54,626 nt of DNA from the NCBI GenBank assembly GCA_902512415.1, contig CABXJB010000002.1, positions 1-54,626 of the forward strand. The letters run 5' to 3'. Shown in pieces: positions 48,849 through 54,626 of this stretch; position 1 is the stretch's first letter; every line of letters begins with the position of its first letter. The stretch is from an uncultured Alphaproteobacteria bacterium (lineage in GTDB: Bacteria; Pseudomonadota; Alphaproteobacteria; HIMB59; GCA-002718135). The translations under genes were made by a program, and so were the position numbers. The notes beneath the pieces are model-generated. The model did no database searches. It was given only the letters and a program-made list of their open reading frames with translations, and had not been told where the DNA came from.

Positions 48849-51010
48849 TAATTTATAGATATTTCATTTGTGCACATTGTACCGTCCTCAGCAACTATAC
48901 CGGCTCCACCAGTTTTAAAAGTATTATTACTATCTTCTACTTCAATTATTAATTTTCCATCTACATATCCTTTAATTTTATTATCAATAACTTCAAGTTT
49001 AAGATCATAATCAGTAAAGAATTCAAAATTAAAATCAATTTCCTTTAATGTTTCTAATTCATAATACATTTTTGCTATCCGTAACTTATTTTCTGAGGTA
49101 ACTTCGAGAGCATAGTATCTTTTAAGGCCTTGAACTCTTGCTATTATGCCACCAGATTTAACTAAGTGAAAATTAAGCTTTGATGAAACTGAATAGTTTT
49201 TCCATTTATCATTACCTGTAAAAACAACACCTCTACCAATATTTTGAGTTATTCTAAATGGCTCTTTCCATCTAGACTCCCATTTATCTATTGCTTGAAC
49301 AAAGTTGTTCTTCCACATATCTCCATAGAATTGAGTATCTTGAGAAACCCCTCTTTTAGGATTTGCAATATGGTCAGGCTTTTTAAAAGTTATTTTTGGC
49401 TCACCAAAAATATCAAGGTAATTTATTATTAACTTTCCGGATACTTTCTCTGAAGAAGAGATAGATATACCAATTTGTGCAATAGGGTTAGAGCCTGTAT
49501 CAGGAACATCCCATTCAATATCTTTACTTTCATTATTATGAAAAAAGAATTCCTCTGAATTTAATTTGATTAATTTATCATTTTCTCCCCAATATTTAAC
49601 AAATAATTTTGCAATTATATCTTTATTGGAATTTGAAATTAATTGAGTTTTTATTTTTTGACCTGAATAAACTATAGGGCAAGATATAAAGTCATAATGA
49701 AAAAATCTCTCCCTTGCCATACCCTCAAGCTTAGTTAAATCCTCAGGAAAGAAAGTGTCTACGTAGCACTCACTAGATAAACCATTAGATAAATCATTAA
49801 ATTTTATTTCAAGAGCACGTTCTCCAATCTCCGATTTATATTCAATATTTGATATAAATGTTGAAGGATTATTGTCATCCAAATCATTTACTTTCCATGA
49901 TTGAGTCGACTCAGGAAGATTAAAATGGTATCTAGCACCATTCTTCACTATTACATCCCCTTTTCCCTCTAAGTTTCTTGCTGTGTTAATAATCTTATAT
50001 GACTCTGTAAGCGCATCAGTTATTGTTTCACCACCAATTGCTGTTGGGCAATAAATGGTATCATTGATGGGTGATAAATAATCTGGACCTGTTTTAAGAC
50101 CTGCTAACCCATTTTTGATCCCTAAAATGCAACCTACATTACCTGAATTACAATCAGTATCCCAACCAGCTGTATTAACAATCATCAAAGTTTTTTGAAA
50201 ATCATCATCTCCAAATAATAATGACATAATGATAAGTGCATGATTTGGAACCATATGACAATTACCTAAGTATTTATCGTACCCATATTTACCTGCAATT
50301 TTTTCTCTTGCTTGTTCCCAATCAATATTTCCAGCACTCCAATCTTGAATATCAGAAATTAATTTAAAAATTGTTGAGTCTTTTGGAATAAATCTTTTTG
50401 ATTCGTTAATAATCTTACTTATGTCTTTTTCAACAAAAGCTAAGGCTTCCATAGCTGCAATCATTTGTGCTCCGTATACTGCCTCACCATCATGACTTAC
50501 ACTTCCTGCTTCTTTAGCTAGTTTAACAGCCTGCTCAGGATTGCCAGGTGATACTAAAGCCCATCCATCTATAAATATCTGAGCGCCAATTTGCTCTGCT
50601 ACTGTTTTTCCATTCATAGCGATTGAACCACTCTCCGGTGCGTGAATACCTTGTTTTAAATTTTGATATGCAGTGTCTTCAGTGGAATTTCCTTTACCAC
50701 CCCACCACAGTATTGTTCTATCTTCTATCAGATTGTTCAACCAAGTTTGACCAATCTGTTTTGCTGTAATATTTTTATCATAATTAAAGTCACGAAGTGC
50801 TCTTAAAAAAGTAAAGGTTCCAGTTATATCATCATCCGTAACACAAATAGGTTGCTTAAGTTTGTCATTAACATAATAATTTATTGGACCTAACTCCTCC
50901 ATTATTCTCTCATAAGTCCAACCTTCAAAAGGTCTTCCTAAATAAACACCAATAATTTTTCCTAAAACGCCAGCATATACTTGTTCTTCATATTGTTTAT
51001 CTAATTTCAT
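48848..51010 (-). CDS. ADP-ribosylglycohydrolase-fold enzyme fused to ~375 aa of beta-sandwich (ConA/LamG-like) domains
   Basis: 720 aa. Residues ~1-345 carry both ARH metal-site motifs (VTDDDITG at 57-64, GWDTDCNSGNVGCILG at 282-297). Residues ~565-720 look like a ConA-like jelly roll (WKNYSVSSKLNF...GGIIARV...YYALEV...KLEVIDNKIKGYVDGKLII...GGAGIVAEDG...). Confidence 0.7.
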   Translation of the reverse strand: MKLDKQYEEQVYAGVLGKIIGVYLGRPFEGWTYERIMEELGPINYYVNDKLKQPICVTDDDITGTFTFLRALRDFNYDKNITAKQIGQTWLNNLIEDRTILWWGGKGNSTEDTAYQNLKQGIHAPESGSIAMNGKTVAEQIGAQIFIDGWALVSPGNPEQAVKLAKEAGSVSHDGEAVYGAQMIAAMEALAFVEKDISKIINESKRFIPKDSTIFKLISDIQDWSAGNIDWEQAREKIAGKYGYDKYLGNCHMVPNHALIIMSLLFGDDDFQKTLMIVNTAGWDTDCNSGNVGCILGIKNGLAGLKTGPDYLSPINDTIYCPTAIGGETITDALTESYKIINTARNLEGKGDVIVKNGARYHFNLPESTQSWKVNDLDDNNPSTFISNIEYKSEIGERALEIKFNDLSNGLSSECYVDTFFPEDLTKLEGMARERFFHYDFISCPIVYSGQKIKTQLISNSNKDIIAKLFVKYWGENDKLIKLNSEEFFFHNNESKDIEWDVPDTGSNPIAQIGISISSSEKVSGKLIINYLDIFGEPKITFKKPDHIANPKRGVSQDTQFYGDMWKNNFVQAIDKWESRWKEPFRITQNIGRGVVFTGNDKWKNYSVSSKLNFHLVKSGGIIARVQGLKRYYALEVTSENKLRIAKMYYELETLKEIDFNFEFFTDYDLKLEVIDNKIKGYVDGKLIIEVEDSNNTFKTGGAGIVAEDGTMCTNEISIN

Positions 51011-51016
51011 ATTAAC

Positions 51017-51862
51017 CTACCCTTTCGAAGCTCCACTTGTTAGTCCAGCAATAAATCTTCTTTGAAAAAACATAAATAAGATAACAATTGGTGCCATCAT
51101 CATTACTGCGGAAGCATTTACTAATCCCCAGTTATTTTCAAATCTACTTTGAAAAGCAAATAGAATTGTTGCTATTGGTTTTTTTGAATCATCATGAACA
51201 AAAGTTAAAGCAAATAAAAATTCATTCCACACAGCCAAACCTACTACTAAACCTGTTGTTAAAAATACTGGCCATGAGATTGGTAATGCTATCCTATAAA
51301 AAAGTTGTAACGTATTTGCTCCATCGATTTTTGCTGCATCAAATAATTCATCTGGTAATTGAATCATGTATGAGCGAATTAAAAAAGTTGCAAAAGGAGC
51401 ATTAAGTCCTGCGTAAATAATTATTAATCCGAGATGAGTATTCATTAAACCGAATTCTTTCCACATTAGGAAAAGTGGTAAAATGAACATTTGTGCAGGA
51501 ATTGATACTCCGACCAACAAATAGACTAGAAAGGCATTTGATCCACGAGGATAAAGTTTTGCTAAGCTAAATCCTGCTAATCCTGAAACGGTCAAATTTA
51601 AAATTAGAGTACCAATTACTAATTTTGAAGAATTTAAAAAAATTTGCGCATATTCTCCCATTATCCAAGCATCTACAAAATTTGCCAATCTTATAGTAAT
51701 TGGAAAACCAAATGGGTTTATTCCAAATTCTTCTTGAGGCTTAATTGAATTAAAAAAAAGCAACATGATTGGCAAAATACAAGTTAAAGCTAAAATTGTT
51801 AAAATAGTGTAATTTGATACTAGTTCTCTTTTTCTATATTTAGCTACAATCATATTTCCCAC
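51017..51862 (-). CDS. carbohydrate-type (CUT1) ABC transporter permease, MalG-like
   Basis: 281 aa with six TM segments and EAA loop DELFDAAKIDGANTLQLFYRIALP. Confidence 0.85.
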   Translation of the reverse strand: MGNMIVAKYRKRELVSNYTILTILALTCILPIMLLFFNSIKPQEEFGINPFGFPITIRLANFVDAWIMGEYAQIFLNSSKLVIGTLILNLTVSGLAGFSLAKLYPRGSNAFLVYLLVGVSIPAQMFILPLFLMWKEFGLMNTHLGLIIIYAGLNAPFATFLIRSYMIQLPDELFDAAKIDGANTLQLFYRIALPISWPVFLTTGLVVGLAVWNEFLFALTFVHDDSKKPIATILFAFQSRFENNWGLVNASAVMMMAPIVILFMFFQRRFIAGLTSGASKG

Positions 51863-52728
51863 CCAAGTTTTCTAAGTACTCCAAAAATACTGACAATAAA
51901 AATTGTATATATGAACATTAATGTTCCAATTGCTGATGAATATCCAACATTAAACCTATCAAAAGCTTGCGAATATAAATTAGTTGCTAAAACTTCTGAA
52001 GAGTAAGCAGGACCACCTTGAGTTAAAATCCAAACATAATCAAATGTTGGTATAGACCAGATAATAATGATCATTATAGAAAAAATAAAAATTGGCCTTA
52101 TTAGTGGTAAAGTTACAAATCTAAATTTTTGAAACTTTGTTGCTCCTTCAATATCTGCAGCTTCATACAAACTATTATCAACTTGATACATGCCAGTTAT
52201 ATAAATTACCACTAGGAATCCCCAGAAATGCCATCCATCAACAAAAGCAACTGCGTAAAGTGAGGTTTCTTTCATAGTAAAAGGTGAAACTGCAGGTATC
52301 AAATCTATTCCCTTACTATTGAGCCATGCCGGTAATCCATAAAGAGGATGAAAAATGTATTTCCAAATTTGACAACTAATTATACTTGCTAACATGTAAG
52401 GAAAGAAAAAACATAATCGAAAAAGCATTTGTCCCTTCGTAATACCTGTAAGCAAATAAGCACAAGTTAATGCCAATGCAATTGGAACGGTTAAAAATAA
52501 ACAAGTCCAAATAATATTATGCCAAACAGCTTTTTTAAAATAACGATCATCAAATAATTCGTAAAAATTTTCAAATCCGACATAATTGATTTTTCCAAAA
52601 CCATTCCAATCAGTCAGGCATAAAGCAAGACTTAATAGAGATGGTAATGCTACCACCATAAAGTGAACAGCTAAAACAGGTAAGATAAAATACCATGCTA
52701 TAGAATTTTTACTAAAAAATATGCTCAT
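51850..52728 (-). CDS. carbohydrate-type (CUT1) ABC transporter permease, MalF/UgpA-like
   Basis: 292 aa with EAA loop NSLYEAADIEGATKFQKFRFVTLP. Overlaps the second permease gene by 13 nt. Confidence 0.85.
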   Translation of the reverse strand: MSIFFSKNSIAWYFILPVLAVHFMVVALPSLLSLALCLTDWNGFGKINYVGFENFYELFDDRYFKKAVWHNIIWTCLFLTVPIALALTCAYLLTGITKGQMLFRLCFFFPYMLASIISCQIWKYIFHPLYGLPAWLNSKGIDLIPAVSPFTMKETSLYAVAFVDGWHFWGFLVVIYITGMYQVDNSLYEAADIEGATKFQKFRFVTLPLIRPIFIFSIMIIIIWSIPTFDYVWILTQGGPAYSSEVLATNLYSQAFDRFNVGYSSAIGTLMFIYTIFIVSIFGVLRKLGWEI

Positions 52729-52742
52729 TCTTGGAAATATAT

Positions 52743-52766
52743 ATAGCGAGGCATTAGCCTCGCTAT
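52743..52766 (-). terminator. intercistronic 10-bp perfect stem-loop between the SBP and permease genes (attenuator or mRNA-stabilising element)
   Basis: atagcgaggc-atta-gcctcgctat: perfect 10-bp stem with a 4-nt loop, lying 13 nt after the SBP stop and 14 nt before the permease ATG. It is followed by an only modestly U-rich tail on the minus strand. Confidence 0.55.
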
Positions 52767-52778
52767 TATTAAGTTAGT

Positions 52779-54101
52779 TTATCTTGCGCCAACAGGAAGA
52801 AGCTCTCCTTTTTTACGAGCTTTATCCCACATTTTTTGGTGATCGTACATGTAGTCTTCTACAGATATATCACCAGCCCAAACTACTTCCATATCTTTCC
52901 AAATATGTACGCCTGGATCAGCTGGCCAAAAAGTCCATGTGGTGTATCCGTAATCTCCTTTTCCAGTAGCTTCTGCAAAATCAACTAGATACCTTTTAAC
53001 CTGAGGGCTCACATCATTTCTAATATCATCTGCTGAAAAATACAATGGAACAACAAACTCTCCAAAATTAAAATCTGCAGCCATATCAAGTACAATTTTT
53101 TTGTTACTGAATATAAAGTCAAAAACTTTAGCAGCAGCATCTGGATCTCCTGAAGATGCATTTATTGACATTGTAGTTCCTAAAGCAAGCAAATATGCTG
53201 GATCAGCTCCACCATCTCTTAAAACAGGGAAAGGAGCCCAATCCCATTCATCTGAAGAGTCTGCAAAACCTGCAGCTGTAGCTCCAAATGTCCAGGTACC
53301 AATTGTCATCATTGCAGCCCCTCTTGAAGCAAACATTGCATGAAAATCATCCCAACCAAGAGCGTAATAATTTTCAAGGCTACCTGACCAATATCCATCA
53401 TCAACCATATGTTTTCTAAGAAGTTCTACAGCTCCTACAAATTCAGGATCTGTCCAATCTTTTTCACCAATAAGAGCTTTATAAACATTATCAGGTCCTG
53501 CATAACTATTTAGATACATACCTGCTAAATGTTCGTGTGTTGGCTGCCATCCTGTTGAACCATATGCAAATACATTCATACCTGCAGCTTTGATTTTACT
53601 AGCAACATCTTCATACTCACTTAAAGTTGTAGGAACTTTCCAACCATTTTCTTCAAACAATGTTTTGTTATACAACATAATCATTGTTTCAAATGTTTTA
53701 GGTGCTGAGTAAAACTCTCCATTAAATACTCCAGCTTGGTAAGACCAAGGCAAAAGCTTGTCTTCCCATCCATATTGACTTGAATATCCTTGCATAGACT
53801 TAAGCAGTCCAGCTTCTTGATATTCTTTTACGTAAGACGGACCTGGAGTTTCAACTATATCTGGTCCTTCACCTGAAAGCATTGCAGTTCTTAGAATATC
53901 ATTTAATCCTTCCTTGAACTCCATCACTAATTCAATATCATTTTGTGAAGCATTAAATGCATCAACGAGCTTTGCCTCAAACACTGGATCTCTATTTGCA
54001 TTTGTTTCTGCCCACCAAGTTACGGTTGTCTTTGCAAATACGCTAAAAGAATTAAGTGAAAAGATAGAAGCAACAAATACTATAAATAATTTTTTAATCA
54101 T
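52779..54101 (-). CDS. ABC transporter extracellular solute-binding protein, family 1 (sugar/glycoside type)
   Basis: 440 aa with signal peptide MIKKLFIVFVASIFSLNSFSVFA. The aromatic-rich mature protein resembles CUT1 binding proteins. GGAGGT lies upstream of the ATG. Confidence 0.85.
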   Translation of the reverse strand: MIKKLFIVFVASIFSLNSFSVFAKTTVTWWAETNANRDPVFEAKLVDAFNASQNDIELVMEFKEGLNDILRTAMLSGEGPDIVETPGPSYVKEYQEAGLLKSMQGYSSQYGWEDKLLPWSYQAGVFNGEFYSAPKTFETMIMLYNKTLFEENGWKVPTTLSEYEDVASKIKAAGMNVFAYGSTGWQPTHEHLAGMYLNSYAGPDNVYKALIGEKDWTDPEFVGAVELLRKHMVDDGYWSGSLENYYALGWDDFHAMFASRGAAMMTIGTWTFGATAAGFADSSDEWDWAPFPVLRDGGADPAYLLALGTTMSINASSGDPDAAAKVFDFIFSNKKIVLDMAADFNFGEFVVPLYFSADDIRNDVSPQVKRYLVDFAEATGKGDYGYTTWTFWPADPGVHIWKDMEVVWAGDISVEDYMYDHQKMWDKARKKGELLPVGAR

Positions 54102-54169
54102 TTTACCTCCAATTAAACAATTATCTAATTATTCAATAATGAATTATAAAATATTCAAGAATGATATAA

Positions 54170-54187
54170 AACTTATTATAATAAGTT
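54170..54187. promoter_or_regulatory. 18-bp perfect palindrome, candidate HutC/GntR-type operator upstream of the transporter operon
   Basis: AACTTATTATAATAAGTT is perfectly self-complementary. It sits at the regulator's stop codon, ~70 nt upstream of the SBP ATG, and a TATAAT hexamer lies on the minus strand at 54143-54148. Confidence 0.35.
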
Positions 54188-54626
54188 ATTGATAATGATT
54201 TTCAACTTTTAATGGTTTAACGGTTATTTCCTGATCAATTAGGACCAGTTTACTTGATATATCATACATATACCAAATGTTTGAAATTGCTGGATGACCA
54301 TGAGTTGTTGTGAATAAATCTGCGTCATTGTTACTCAATGATATCGCAGAAACCTCTTGTTCGCTTTTACTAATTTTAATTTTAAATTTATTGATGAGAA
54401 CATTCAATAAATTTTTATCTTTAAAAATGTTTTTATTTACGTTCTTTCCAATAATTTCAATTGGAATGTATGCTCTGCTAATCAAATATATTTCATTATT
54501 TTTTATTCGTCTGAGTCTTTTTATATAATAGAGCGATCTAGAACTTTTAAATTTTTTACTAAAATTATTTTTAACCACTTGTACATCTAAAAGTTTATAA
54601 TCAGCATTCAATGTTACAGAAAAATC
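54186..54626 (-). CDS. GntR/HutC-family transcriptional regulator, C-terminal UTRA effector domain (N-terminus beyond the window)
   Basis: The reading frame is open to the right edge; the track's M at 54611 is a TTG inside the frame. The pattern ...RLRRIKNNEIYLISRAYIP... and the alternating beta/alpha layout fit a UTRA domain. Confidence 0.6.
   Translation of the reverse strand, partial: DFSVTLNADYKLLDVQVVKNNFSKKFKSSRSLYYIKRLRRIKNNEIYLISRAYIPIEIIGKNVNKNIFKDKNLLNVLINKFKIKISKSEQEVSAISLSNNDADLFTTTHGHPAISNIWYMYDISSKLVLIDQEITVKPLKVENHYQ

Noticed and set aside
51088-51405. 105-aa plus-strand ORF. The same applies to 52784-52969, 53101-53343, 53914-54192 and 54310-54528.
   Set aside because: Antisense to the ABC permease, SBP and regulator genes. 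Shadow ORFs.

Overview
This is an AT-rich, very compact bacterial chromosome segment with many 1-, 4- and 8-nt gene overlaps. Gene content and order fit a streamlined marine alphaproteobacterium of the SAR11/Pelagibacterales type, which is an inference and not a database hit. Left end (1-5.06 kb): a ROK-kinase fragment, bioY, gshB-gshA, tRNA-Leu, lipB, an RluA-family pseudouridine synthase and crcB. Centre (5.06-34.03 kb, all minus strand): an uninterrupted ~29 kb array of tRNA-Tyr, tRNA-Gly, tuf, tRNA-Trp, secE, nusG, rplKAJL, rpoBC, rpsLG and fusA. It runs directly into the S10, spc and alpha ribosomal-protein genes with secY, adk, rpoA and rplQ. Right part: rlmB and tRNA-Thr, then a two-subunit NAD-type formate dehydrogenase (fused gamma-beta subunit plus alpha subunit). 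The dehydrogenase is surrounded by cofactor-maturation genes: a tusA-like gene, moeA, mobB, an orphan TupB-like permease, fdhD and mobA. Next come a four-gene membrane module of unknown function (TauE/DUF81, small TM protein, secreted C-terminally anchored protein, USP) and a 3'-truncated pyrE abutting a decayed methyltransferase. The window ends with a sugar-type ABC importer operon preceded by a GntR/HutC-type (UTRA-domain) regulator gene. That operon has no ATPase gene and carries a 720-aa ADP-ribosylglycohydrolase-fold/beta-sandwich fusion protein, an aldo-keto reductase and a nitrilase-superfamily amidase. I saw no CRISPR array, IS element, integrase or phage gene. The best candidates for new biology are the ARH-centred uptake/catabolic locus (47.0-54.6 kb), the TauE-linked membrane module (43.8-46.4 kb), an unannotated 39-codon lipoprotein ORF coupled to the formate dehydrogenase, and the convergent double gene truncation at ~46.79 kb.
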